Assembly (NCBI GenBank): GCA_031281925.1 | Contig: JAITES010000058.1 | Location: 1-30,019, forward strand | From: Treponema sp. | GTDB taxonomy: Bacteria; Spirochaetota; Spirochaetia; Treponematales; Breznakiellaceae | DNA: 30,019 bases | Direction of reading: 5' to 3' | Part shown: piece after piece, positions 1-8,747 of the stretch | Position numbering within the stretch: the first letter of the stretch is position 1 | Layout: each line of letters starts with the position of its first letter | Position numbers and translations under genes: made by a program | The notes under the pieces: model-generated | What the model was told of the DNA's origin: nothing | What the model saw: the letters and a program-made list of their open reading frames with translations, nothing else | Databases searched by the model: none

Positions 1-112
1 GATGGGAAGGGGCGGGCTATTCTGGGGTACCTTTTGAGGAAGAGTGATGAGGTAGGGTATGAAGTGAGCAGCTACGGGAACCTGTTAGCGAGGTACTTGC
101 AGAATAACATAG

Positions 113-219
113 GATTACACGGATTTTTGTCTGAAAATCCCCTCTTGAATCTGTGAAAATCTGCGTAATCAGCGGACAAAATTTCTTAACTTCTTCGATT
201 TGGAGGTTAAAAATCCGTG
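113..219. repeat. Structured intergenic repeat with degenerate AATC(T/C/A)G(T/C)G units and inverted repeats
   Basis: CACGGATTTTT (118-128) and AAAAATCCGTG (209-219) form a perfect 11-bp inverted repeat. 113-127 can alternatively pair with 156-170 (one mismatch, one G-U). Tandem units AATCTGTG, AATCTGCG and AATCAGCG lie at 148-174. Confidence 0.55.
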
Positions 220-232
220 GGTTAAATTCAGG

Positions 233-847
233 TTACCAGTCCCGGGGCGTAAAACCTTCGGGTACGTTTATCTTCATCGTGTCGCCGGACTGTTCGATTA
301 CATAAAGACCCGCCTCAAGGGCCGCGGCTTTTTCGTCTTCCGGAAAAACCGCACCGGCTATCGCTCCCCGGATCTTCCGCCTGTCGTTCCGACGGTTCTT
401 GTGTTCCCGCAGAATCTTCAGCCGGTTCTCGTGGTGGGTAACATCCTTTTCCGTGGGCCTGCTTTTTACCTCTACCGCGATGGAATATTCCCCGTTTTCA
501 AGCAGCAGGTCTATTTCCGTCAGGATCTTCTGCCCGGTACTGTCAAGGAGCCTGACCCGTTCGGCAATCGTATCGTCAAAATGGTAGCCCAGTTCGTTAA
601 AGCGCCTGATGATTCCGGGCGCCACAAGATGCTCGGCCAACTCGCCGAAGCGGTTGTGAAGATCTCCCATTTGCCTGCCTACGCGATCAACTACCTTTTC
701 CGTTTTCCTGTGGGCAGCCCGCAATTCCGCCATGCCGCGTTCCCATTCCTCTCGCCGCCGGGCTTCCTCTTCCTGGGACTTTGTAAAGGTAGCCCAGAAC
801 TCTTCCAGCGTCGGTACGTTTTCTAGTAAATCCGCGGGTAAAGGCAT
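233..847 (-). CDS. Coiled-coil protein with C-terminal PD-(D/E)XK nuclease-like domain (DUF3782-like)
   Basis: Glu/Arg-rich N-terminal coiled coil (EEEARRREEWERGMAELRAAHRKTEK), then EIDLLLENG...AVEVKS, matching the D...(D/E)xK core. Start moved from 913 to the ATG at 847, which has AAGGGAG upstream; this also removes the overlap with the gene ending at 888. Confidence 0.75.
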   Translation of the reverse strand: MPLPADLLENVPTLEEFWATFTKSQEEEARRREEWERGMAELRAAHRKTEKVVDRVGRQMGDLHNRFGELAEHLVAPGIIRRFNELGYHFDDTIAERVRLLDSTGQKILTEIDLLLENGEYSIAVEVKSRPTEKDVTHHENRLKILREHKNRRNDRRKIRGAIAGAVFPEDEKAAALEAGLYVIEQSGDTMKINVPEGFTPRDW

Positions 848-887
848 AATTTTCTCCCTTAAAACAATAGTAGCGGACACCGGCTCA

Positions 888-2810
888 TTACAGATAGAGC
901 CCAACACCGACACTTAAATAGAAGGCCGTTGATTTGGGATACTCAGGCGTATCGATAAGCGACCAGGAATATTCGGCGCCGGAATTGGGTTTCCCGTCGA
1001 TATTGGTGTAGAAAGAGTAAACAAGCCCCACATTTCCAAAGATCCGCAGAGGCACCGGCAGGCTTGCCAGGGTATGATCCGCGCCGATCTGGAAGATGTG
1101 CTGCCACCGGTAGGCTCCGTCCTTGAGAAAGAATTTTCTCAACTCCGGTTTATTGGACCGGTTGCCTCCATCGGCATCCAGTTCGGAAAACCAGGAACTC
1201 CCGTCCACCTGGCCGGAACCGTGTTCCGCTCCGTGGCGTACCATCTGGTACTGGAAATGAGCCCTGGTGTTTACCATGGGCATTGCCTCTACACGAAAGA
1301 GAAGTTCATCGGAATTGGGGTTGAGGTAGTAACCCAGAGGTGTACCCATACTGGTGTACTTGCTCTCCATCGGCATGGGCTCATTCTCGTAACCTGAGTT
1401 GTACCAGGGGACAAAGAGACGATGATGGGTATAGGTATAGGGTTCAATCTTTGTGTATAAGAGGGAAGCCGAGGCAAAGGGCAGCCAGGGGATAATAATT
1501 TTGCTTCCCGCCTGCAAGGCAAAGGTCTGGCGGTCATATTTAAATATATCCGTTATCAGGCCGGGATCTATATCATCGCCAAAAAAGGAAAACCAGAAGC
1601 TTCCGATTCCGGGACTCTGGACTCTGAGATTTGCAAAGATTCCCATATTATCGAAATCCCCGATGCTGTCCTGGTAGAGAAAGCTATTTATTACCGGGAA
1701 AATATAACCCAGTTCAAAACGTTTGGCATAGACAACATTGGTACCGATGCTGGCATGGAAGAAGTTGCGGAAGTTATACTCTACCATTTCCATGGAAAAG
1801 AGATTCTGCGAAGCCCAGGCTGAAGTCTTTAGATCATCCCGGAAATCGTACTCCAGCGCTCCTGTTATGGCGGAGGCGCTGAACCAGTAGACCGGATTGA
1901 AACTTGTTTCGATTGCCACAAAAGGCTGGGCCGTCCCGTTAAAAACGATGCTGCGGCCTTCCGCCATGGAGGCCCATTCCCGGCGCATTCTGCCGAAACG
2001 CCACGTGATTACATCGGAGAAGAGGCCTCCCGACATTTCACCCAGAAAGTGGGGGGCTATGGAAAATTTATCGGGCCAGTGCTGAAAGCCGCCGGCGTCA
2101 ATTTCGAGGGGGAAGAAAACGGCGCCGTCCCAGTATTTGCGGTATGTATAGGGAATGTACGCGTCGGGTTCGTCCCAGATTTCCATCTTCCGGTTGAAGT
2201 GGCCCTTGACAGGATCGTCGGTAAAGCCCTCATAAAAGGTGTTGTAGTCATCTCCCAGAAGCTGCCGGGGAGCCAGGGTAAGGTGTCCCAAAAAAATAAA
2301 ACCGTAGGAAAAAGATTTTCCCACGTCCCCTGTTGTATAAACGGTAATAAGATTGTCGGTGGCTACGGCATTATCCCTGTCACCCGAATAAATGCCGCTT
2401 GCCAGGGAAAAACGTCCGCCCGCGCCTATATCCGCATTCCACGGTATATTGAGAGGACTTACAAGCCGGTCAATCGTATAGGCGCCCCTCTGCCAGTCAA
2501 GGCCCGCTTCGGAATGGGAGTACTTCTTCCTGGTGTTTTCGAGAATCCGCCTTTCCGTATCGCTTAAAAGGCCCGGATCTGACGCAGTAATACTGTCGAT
2601 TGCGGCAAGAACCTGGTTTCGGGTATAGGGCTTTACCGCCGGCAGGGGGAGGAGAAGCCCCCGGATCTGGGCATTTTCAAGAATTGCATAGACAGGATCT
2701 TCCAGTGAAACTGAAATATGGGACTGGGCATACAAATGCGTGTTCAGGACAGGAACCATAAAAAACATGATTATTAGGAAAATAAAGGCCTGTGTTTTGT
2801 TAATATTCAA
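888..2810 (-). CDS. Predicted outer-membrane beta-barrel, capsule-assembly Wzi-like family
   Basis: 640 aa. TTG start with GGAGGA Shine-Dalgarno. Signal peptide ending LYA-Q. N-terminal helical segment DPVYAILE..RG....KPYTRNQV. Later LGYYLNPNSDEL motif. C-terminal amphipathic strand FYLSVGVGLYL. Confidence 0.65.
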   Translation of the reverse strand: MNINKTQAFIFLIIMFFMVPVLNTHLYAQSHISVSLEDPVYAILENAQIRGLLLPLPAVKPYTRNQVLAAIDSITASDPGLLSDTERRILENTRKKYSHSEAGLDWQRGAYTIDRLVSPLNIPWNADIGAGGRFSLASGIYSGDRDNAVATDNLITVYTTGDVGKSFSYGFIFLGHLTLAPRQLLGDDYNTFYEGFTDDPVKGHFNRKMEIWDEPDAYIPYTYRKYWDGAVFFPLEIDAGGFQHWPDKFSIAPHFLGEMSGGLFSDVITWRFGRMRREWASMAEGRSIVFNGTAQPFVAIETSFNPVYWFSASAITGALEYDFRDDLKTSAWASQNLFSMEMVEYNFRNFFHASIGTNVVYAKRFELGYIFPVINSFLYQDSIGDFDNMGIFANLRVQSPGIGSFWFSFFGDDIDPGLITDIFKYDRQTFALQAGSKIIIPWLPFASASLLYTKIEPYTYTHHRLFVPWYNSGYENEPMPMESKYTSMGTPLGYYLNPNSDELLFRVEAMPMVNTRAHFQYQMVRHGAEHGSGQVDGSSWFSELDADGGNRSNKPELRKFFLKDGAYRWQHIFQIGADHTLASLPVPLRIFGNVGLVYSFYTNIDGKPNSGAEYSWSLIDTPEYPKSTAFYLSVGVGLYL

Positions 2811-2854
2811 TTAAGTCCTCCGTCATTTTCGGCAATGCCGCTTCCTCCAGGTTA

Positions 2855-2884
2855 TTGACATAAAACCTGTTTTTTTGATATTAA
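2855..2884 (+). promoter_or_regulatory. Candidate sigma70-type promoter for the 2893 gene
   Basis: Perfect TTGACA at 2855-2860. The -10 is either GATATT (2877-2882, 16-nt spacer) or TGn-TATTAA (2879-2884, 18-nt spacer). ATG at 2893 has no Shine-Dalgarno. Confidence 0.5.
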
Positions 2885-2892
2885 TTAAAAAA

Positions 2893-4554
2893 ATGAGAAA
2901 ATGCAACATACTTGTTTTTTTGTCCCTTTTTTATACAGCATTGCTCGGCGCTCTGCCTGCCCAGAAGCTTGTCTATCCGGGGGAATGGCCCTACGAGGCC
3001 CTTAAAACCCTCTCCATGGAACAGCATACCCTGTTTTTTTCAAGCTATACCCTTTCCGTTGCCCAGTTCCGGGCCATGCTGGCGGATCTTGATGAGGAAA
3101 CCCTCTCGGAAAGCGGCAGGGAGCTTTACGAAAAACTCCGCTCCTGGCTTGAAGGCCCTTCCCTGGTGTCCTTTGAATACGGGCCTCTGTCTATTGACGG
3201 CTGGCCGGCCGTTCAGACTGAATTCTATGTCCGCAGCAACAAAAACATCGACTGGATCACCACAAACCGGGATCGTAATCCTTTCATTGTAATTCCCGCA
3301 GCCATATCGGTTTCCCCCTGGGTAACGCTGGAACTGGATTTTGAAGCCGCCCAGAACTATAATACAATTTATAAAGATGATAACTACACCAACTTCCCCC
3401 TGCCGGATACCAACTACAATACGCCCCGCCGGGCCTACCTTGCCCTGGGCTATCCTTTTACGGAAAAGATCGGCGTCCAGTTCAGGATGGGAATCGGGGA
3501 GGAATTTTACGGGGACACCCATACAGGGAGCATCATCCTGTCGGATTACATGAAGGACATCAGTTACGGCAAGTTCAGTTTCTACTCCCCTGTCATCGCC
3601 TGGACTTCCAATATAATGCAGCTTTCCGTGGACAAGTACTTTTACTACCACACGCTGGAGGCCAGACTCCTGCGGCGTTTTACCATCTCCTATCTTGAAG
3701 GCATCATGGTAAACGCTCCCCTGGAACTCCGTTTCCTCAATCCGGTGATGATCTATCACAGTCTTGCTGCGTATTCGGAATACGGGGAGTACAACCGCGG
3801 CGATCCGGATCAGTTTATTGATGATGAAGATTCCCGCGTGGCAAGTTTTTTTGCGGCCAAGGCCGAATTTGAACCGGTGAGCAATATCCGTCTCTACGCG
3901 CTGTGGGCCCTGAATGAACTGCAGACCCCCCAGGAGAGAAAGGATAATCCTGACGTGCTCCGTGCGGACAGCATGGGTTTTCAGCTCGGTACGGAAGTAC
4001 AGTTTCCCTATGACGGCGGATACTGGCTCCTCGGCGCCGAAGGAGTGTACAATTCACCCTTCTTCTATGTTTCCAAAGACAGCCGCTGGTCTTTCTATAA
4101 ACCCGGAACCGCAAAAAGCGGCTCGATCCGCAACTGGACGGGAAGTCCCTTCGGCCCCGACTCTGCGGCCGCCGCCCTCTGGGGAGGCTACAAAACCACT
4201 TCATGGTCTCTTACAGGCAACTTTCTGTTCAGCGCAAGCGGGGAGCGTTCCGGTCTTGATATTTTTGATACCGACACCTACCATCCCTGGCGCAGCAAAA
4301 ACCACGACGAGGTGTTTCTCTTCAGCCCCACAGGGATTGTGTACTACACATGGCAGCCGAGCCTGAAGGCGGCATGGTCTCCCAGGGACTGGCTCAGCCT
4401 CCATCTGATGCTGGGCTATTCGGTGGTGCAGAACTATGGCCACCGGCAAGACAGGCTGGAACACGGTTTTGAGGGAACCCTGTCGGTGAAGATTGCCCCG
4501 AACATCATTCATGCCCGTTACGGAAAGGAAGAGGGCCTTAAGGTCTGGAGATAA
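2893..4554 (+). CDS. Predicted outer-membrane beta-barrel, Wzi-like (paralog 1 of a tandem pair)
   Basis: Signal peptide followed by LPAQK. Motifs TGSIILSD, EGIMVNAPLELRFLNP, WTGSPFGPDS and QNYGH..RLEHGFE are shared with the 4557 gene. Aromatic-rich amphipathic strands. ATG 2893 preferred over TTG 2875, which lies inside the promoter. Confidence 0.65.
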   Translation: MRKCNILVFLSLFYTALLGALPAQKLVYPGEWPYEALKTLSMEQHTLFFSSYTLSVAQFRAMLADLDEETLSESGRELYEKLRSWLEGPSLVSFEYGPLSIDGWPAVQTEFYVRSNKNIDWITTNRDRNPFIVIPAAISVSPWVTLELDFEAAQNYNTIYKDDNYTNFPLPDTNYNTPRRAYLALGYPFTEKIGVQFRMGIGEEFYGDTHTGSIILSDYMKDISYGKFSFYSPVIAWTSNIMQLSVDKYFYYHTLEARLLRRFTISYLEGIMVNAPLELRFLNPVMIYHSLAAYSEYGEYNRGDPDQFIDDEDSRVASFFAAKAEFEPVSNIRLYALWALNELQTPQERKDNPDVLRADSMGFQLGTEVQFPYDGGYWLLGAEGVYNSPFFYVSKDSRWSFYKPGTAKSGSIRNWTGSPFGPDSAAAALWGGYKTTSWSLTGNFLFSASGERSGLDIFDTDTYHPWRSKNHDEVFLFSPTGIVYYTWQPSLKAAWSPRDWLSLHLMLGYSVVQNYGHRQDRLEHGFEGTLSVKIAPNIIHARYGKEEGLKVWR

Positions 4555-4556
4555 AC

Positions 4557-6230
4557 ATGGTAGTAATTCTGCGGAAACACGTGCTGTTTTTTTTGTTTTT
4601 TTTGATTGCAACAATCGGGGGGAATCTTTACTCGCTTCCCGCCCAGAAGATTCTCCGGAGCGGAGACCCGGTTTACGATGCCCTCACTTCCCTCAGCATG
4701 GAAGAGGCAAAGGTCTTCGGCGACGGTTCCCTTATTACCGTGGCGCAGGCCCTTCAGATTCTTGACTCTCTCGACAGAGACAGTCTTTCTGTTCAGGGCA
4801 GCGCACTCTACGACAGTACCCTTGAGTACCTGAACGGGGACGGTTCCTTTTCCCTCAAAAACGATGTTTTAAGTTTTGCCGTTGATCCGGCCCTGCAGCC
4901 CGAGATCTACTACAAAACCAACGAGGCCCTGCCCTGGATCTACGACCGTTACGAAAGAGAGCCCTTTATCAGTCTGCCGCTGCGTTTCGGTCTTGCCTCT
5001 TATGTCGCGCTGGAAACGGATGTGTACTTTGGCGAAAACCGCATGCTTTCCAATGCCCATGACAACTACTTCAACTTCCCCCTGGACAAGACTATTGACG
5101 GTGTTCAGCCCATAGACACCAACATGCCCAAGTTTGCCTATATCAGCGCGGGTTTCCCTTTCAGCAAAAAATTTGGCGTCAACTTCAGGCTGGGACTGGG
5201 GGATAACCGGGCAGGACGCACGGAAACGGGGAGCATCATCCTTTCGGATACCATGAAGGGTACGAGTTTTGCCGCTCTCAGTTTCTATTCTCCCTGGATT
5301 GACTACTCCGCAGAGGTTCTGCAGCTTGAGGTACTAAAGTATCTCTATCTCCACCATTTTCAAATTCAACTATTCAACAGGGTTAATGTTTCCCTTATCG
5401 AAGGGGTAATGGTAAACGCCCCGCTTGAACTGCGCTACTTTAATCCTGCCGCTATCTATCACGGCTTTACCGCATGGGAAAGTTACGACGCCTACAATGA
5501 GCAGATTGAAGGTTCCAATGACAACTACCATGAGCGTAATTCCAGAATCGGTTCCCTGCTGGGGCTTTACTTTGACCTCAGGCCCTGGAAGTACGGCAGG
5601 TTCTACGGTCTTTATGCCATGAATCAGTTCGAGATACCCAGCGAACGTGAAAACGGCGATTCTACGGTTCCCGACGGGATGGCTTTTCAGGCAGGGTATG
5701 AGGGGAGGTTTCCTCTGGGATCGGGTTACCTCAGCTTCGGCCTTGAGGGGATCTATACCTATCCCTATATGTACATCCTGGCAGGCCGCGGCTGGTCTTA
5801 CTACCGGGAATCCCTGGAGGTGAGTAACCCGCCGGTACGGGAATGGGTTGGTTCTCCCTTCGGGCCCGACAGCATTGCCGGTACAGTCTGGGGAGGCTAT
5901 GAAACGGAACTGTGGTTCGTAAAGCTTTCCTACCTCTGTCTTGCACAGGGGGAAAATTCCAGTCCCTCGATCTTTGAACTGCCGGGAAACGAATTCTATT
6001 CCAACAGCAGGGAAGAGATGGAGAAGACAAGCCCTTCGGGAACAGCGGCGCTCAGCCACAGAATCACTGTTGAAGGCTCCTGGACTCCCGAAAAATGGCT
6101 CAGGGTGTATATCAGGCCCGCGTATCAGGCGGTGCAGAACTATGCCCACCAGGACGGCAGGATGGAACAGGGCTTTGAGCTGAGTCTGGGAGCCTGTTTC
6201 AAACCCATGTACCTTGTCAAAAAACGGTGA
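4557..6230 (+). CDS. Predicted outer-membrane beta-barrel, Wzi-like (paralog 2 of a tandem pair)
   Basis: 557 aa. GGAG Shine-Dalgarno, with the start 2 nt after the previous stop. Signal peptide plus LPAQK. Motifs TGSIILSD, EGVMVNAPLELRYFNP, WVGSPFGPDS and QNYAH..RMEQGFE. Confidence 0.65.
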   Translation: MVVILRKHVLFFLFFLIATIGGNLYSLPAQKILRSGDPVYDALTSLSMEEAKVFGDGSLITVAQALQILDSLDRDSLSVQGSALYDSTLEYLNGDGSFSLKNDVLSFAVDPALQPEIYYKTNEALPWIYDRYEREPFISLPLRFGLASYVALETDVYFGENRMLSNAHDNYFNFPLDKTIDGVQPIDTNMPKFAYISAGFPFSKKFGVNFRLGLGDNRAGRTETGSIILSDTMKGTSFAALSFYSPWIDYSAEVLQLEVLKYLYLHHFQIQLFNRVNVSLIEGVMVNAPLELRYFNPAAIYHGFTAWESYDAYNEQIEGSNDNYHERNSRIGSLLGLYFDLRPWKYGRFYGLYAMNQFEIPSERENGDSTVPDGMAFQAGYEGRFPLGSGYLSFGLEGIYTYPYMYILAGRGWSYYRESLEVSNPPVREWVGSPFGPDSIAGTVWGGYETELWFVKLSYLCLAQGENSSPSIFELPGNEFYSNSREEMEKTSPSGTAALSHRITVEGSWTPEKWLRVYIRPAYQAVQNYAHQDGRMEQGFELSLGACFKPMYLVKKR

Positions 6231-6255
6231 CAGCCGCCGGATTTTCTGCTATGCT
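6227..6255 (+). promoter_or_regulatory. Candidate sigma70 promoter, probably leaderless
   Basis: GTGACA (6227-6232), 17-nt spacer, extended -10 TGn-TATGCT (6250-6255), then 6 nt, then ATG 6262. No Shine-Dalgarno. Confidence 0.6.
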
Positions 6256-6261
6256 TTTTCC

Positions 6262-7206
6262 ATGAGGAATTTACTCAGGGCGGGCATTGTTGTTTTTGGG
6301 CTGCTCTCCGCGGCGGCTTTTCTGCTTTCTTTTTCAATAGTCCGCAATCTCTATATCCGCTCTTCGCCCGAGCCTCTCCTGAGTTACCATTTTTCGCTTT
6401 ACCTTCCCGACAACCGGAATTCTTTTTTTACCGGCATCATTGCCGGAGCCGAAAGGGCGGCTGCTGAATTTAACGCGGCCATTTCGGTTCATTCCATCGC
6501 TCCTGAAAAATATGAACTTGAAATGGCCCTCTATACCGGCATAGACGGAGCCGTCGTATGCCCCTACATTGACGATGATCTGGCGCGGCGTCAGCTGGAC
6601 AGACTCGGCAGCCGTCAGATCCCCACGGTGATCATCAATCATAATATTCCCAACGATCAGCCCTGGCCCTTTATCGGAAGCAATAATTTTGACTCAGGAA
6701 GGAGGCTCGGTCTTGCCGCCGCAAGAATAAACGAAGAGCCCGTGCGCCTTGCCATTGTGTACAGCGACAAGTCGCCGGGAATCTACGGCGAACGGGAACT
6801 GGTGGAGATGGGGATTAATTCGGCGCTGGGCGACAGACTTGTTTCCCCGATTGCCGGGTTCAAAACCAATCTCAATCCCCTGGACGCCGAGGTTCTGCTT
6901 GCACAGCTTTTTCGCGGCGCCAGTTTCAATACGATTATCTTTACCGATGCCAATGATACTGTTGCCGCGGCTCAGGCGCTTGTGGATATGAACCTGGTAG
7001 GCCATGTTCAAATTATCGGTTTCGGCGGGGATCCGGGGGTACAGGAATATATCCGCAAGGGCGTTATCGCATGCAGTATGGTTATCGATCCTGAGCGCAT
7101 AGGGTATGAGGCGGTGAGATCCCTGGCCTCGCTGCGTCTTACCGGCTATACCTCAACATCCATTGATACGGGTATTGAGATCATTAACGCAGCGAATCTG
7201 CGCTGA
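6262..7206 (+). CDS. Membrane-anchored sugar-binding protein (type I periplasmic-binding fold), probable sensor partner of the kinase
   Basis: N-terminal hydrophobic anchor. NSFFTGIIAGAERAA, FIGSNNFDSG and IIGFGG segments are typical of the RbsB/LacI-type binding fold. Directly upstream of the kinase. Start moved from 6214 to ATG 6262. Confidence 0.8.
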   Translation: MRNLLRAGIVVFGLLSAAAFLLSFSIVRNLYIRSSPEPLLSYHFSLYLPDNRNSFFTGIIAGAERAAAEFNAAISVHSIAPEKYELEMALYTGIDGAVVCPYIDDDLARRQLDRLGSRQIPTVIINHNIPNDQPWPFIGSNNFDSGRRLGLAAARINEEPVRLAIVYSDKSPGIYGERELVEMGINSALGDRLVSPIAGFKTNLNPLDAEVLLAQLFRGASFNTIIFTDANDTVAAAQALVDMNLVGHVQIIGFGGDPGVQEYIRKGVIACSMVIDPERIGYEAVRSLASLRLTGYTSTSIDTGIEIINAANLR

Positions 7207-7220
7207 CAGATGGGGAATAC

Positions 7221-8747
7221 ATGTTAAAGCCGCCGCAGTGGTTAAAAAAACGGTTTCCGCGTTCTTTCAGGCTGCAGATGCTCCTCAGCATTCTTGGAAC
7301 TTTTTTGATTTTTGCTTTTTCCACAGGCTATATTTTGTTATCCGCCAAAAATTTGCAGGCCAGATCCGATACCATCTTTGAACAGGAACGCTTCATTAAA
7401 TCCGTTCAGGAAGATTTGAACCGGTATCAGGGTTCCCTTCTGGAGTATCTTTCGACACGTTCCTCCAACGCCCTTGCCAGGATTCTTATCGAAGCCCAAA
7501 CGCTGCGGGGAAAGATCCCCGCGTATATTTCCATTACAACCAATGCCGTGGAACTGAGGGAGAGGGAACTGTACTCGCTTATCCGCGCCTATCTTAACCT
7601 TGCGGATACCGCCATGGAGGAAAAGCGCGGCAGAAACATTGCGGCCTATACCCGCATCTATGACGAAATGGCAGGGCTGCTTGAGTATATCAACCGGGAA
7701 ATAGAAGCCGTCAGTACCGGACGTTTCCGCAGCCAGATGGATGCCTATGGACTTTTCATTGCCCGGGCGGGGGATCTCCAGCTCTGGAATCTTCTGTTTA
7801 TTATTTTTATCTATCTTTTTGCGATTCTGATTCTCCTCTATTCGATGGGACAGATTACCGATCCCATGACCCGGCTTTCCGCCATGGCTGCAAAACTTTC
7901 CGCGGGAAATTTTTCGATAGACGACATCGAAGGCTCTCCGGTGCATGAAATGGATCAGATGGTGGACGCGTTCAATAAAATGAAAAACGAGATACGCAAC
8001 TATATCGAAGAGATGCGCTGGCAGGAAAGCATGAAGCAGGAATACATGCAGGAAAAGATGCGCAATATGAAGATGGAAGGACTCGTGCGCCACATGGAGA
8101 TCTATACCCTCCAGGCGCAGATGAATCCGCATTTTCTTTTTAATACGATCAACACCGGCATGCAGCTTGCGATCGTGGAAGGCGCCGACCGCACGAGCGA
8201 ATATATGGAATACATGGCAAAGCTCTTCCGGCATATAATCCGCAACAAGGAAATAATAGTTCCGCTGCGCCACGAGATTGAAGGCCTGCAATACTATTTC
8301 TACATACTCAAGGTGCGCTTTCCCCACAATCTCGATCTGGTTCTCGATTATGATGAGGCTCTCCTGGATGCGGTCAGGGCGCCGGCTTCGGTTTTGCAGC
8401 CCCTCGTGGAAAACTGCGTGATACACGCCTTTAAGGATGAAGCCGCTGAGGGCGGCCGCAGATCGCTTATCAATGTACGCGCGGAAAAGGAAGGACGGCA
8501 TCTTGTACTTTCCGTACGGGACAACGGCGGCGGCATGGACAGTGAAACTGCACAGAGGCTTCTCCATCCCCAGTCCATTGAGGAATCTTCTGTTTCTAGG
8601 GTGATGGGCCTTGAAAATGTTATCCAGAGACTTTATTTCTTTTACCCCGACGATCCTGATGTGGTAAAAATTGAAACCGCGCCGGGGCGGGGAACCGCGG
8701 TAATTATCCGCATTGATACAGGAAGGGAACCGTGTATCGTGTTTTAA
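7221..8747 (+). CDS. YesM/LytS-type sensor histidine kinase (2 TM, HAMP, His_kinase, HATPase)
   Basis: LQAQMNPHFLFNTIN phospho-His box. LQPLVENCVIHAF N-box. VRDNGGGM and GRGT G-boxes. HAMP region before the H-box. Confidence 0.92.
   Translation: MLKPPQWLKKRFPRSFRLQMLLSILGTFLIFAFSTGYILLSAKNLQARSDTIFEQERFIKSVQEDLNRYQGSLLEYLSTRSSNALARILIEAQTLRGKIPAYISITTNAVELRERELYSLIRAYLNLADTAMEEKRGRNIAAYTRIYDEMAGLLEYINREIEAVSTGRFRSQMDAYGLFIARAGDLQLWNLLFIIFIYLFAILILLYSMGQITDPMTRLSAMAAKLSAGNFSIDDIEGSPVHEMDQMVDAFNKMKNEIRNYIEEMRWQESMKQEYMQEKMRNMKMEGLVRHMEIYTLQAQMNPHFLFNTINTGMQLAIVEGADRTSEYMEYMAKLFRHIIRNKEIIVPLRHEIEGLQYYFYILKVRFPHNLDLVLDYDEALLDAVRAPASVLQPLVENCVIHAFKDEAAEGGRRSLINVRAEKEGRHLVLSVRDNGGGMDSETAQRLLHPQSIEESSVSRVMGLENVIQRLYFFYPDDPDVVKIETAPGRGTAVIIRIDTGREPCIVF

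Noticed and set aside
1-156. Open frame +1 from the window start to TGA at 154-156 (DGKGRAILGYLLRKSDEVGY...)
   Set aside because: Could be the tail of an upstream gene, but 51 codons with no recognisable motif cannot be supported from this window alone.
113-219. CRISPR array or IS terminal repeat
   Set aside because: Units are short, degenerate and lack unique spacers of regular length; no cas or transposase gene is in the window.
200-826. 208-aa plus-strand ORF
   Set aside because: Antisense to the PD-(D/E)XK gene, which has the motif and ribosome-binding site.
7338-8567. 409-aa minus-strand ORF
   Set aside because: Fully antisense to the well-supported histidine kinase, with no recognisable motifs. 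Long shadow ORFs are expected from codon bias at this GC content.
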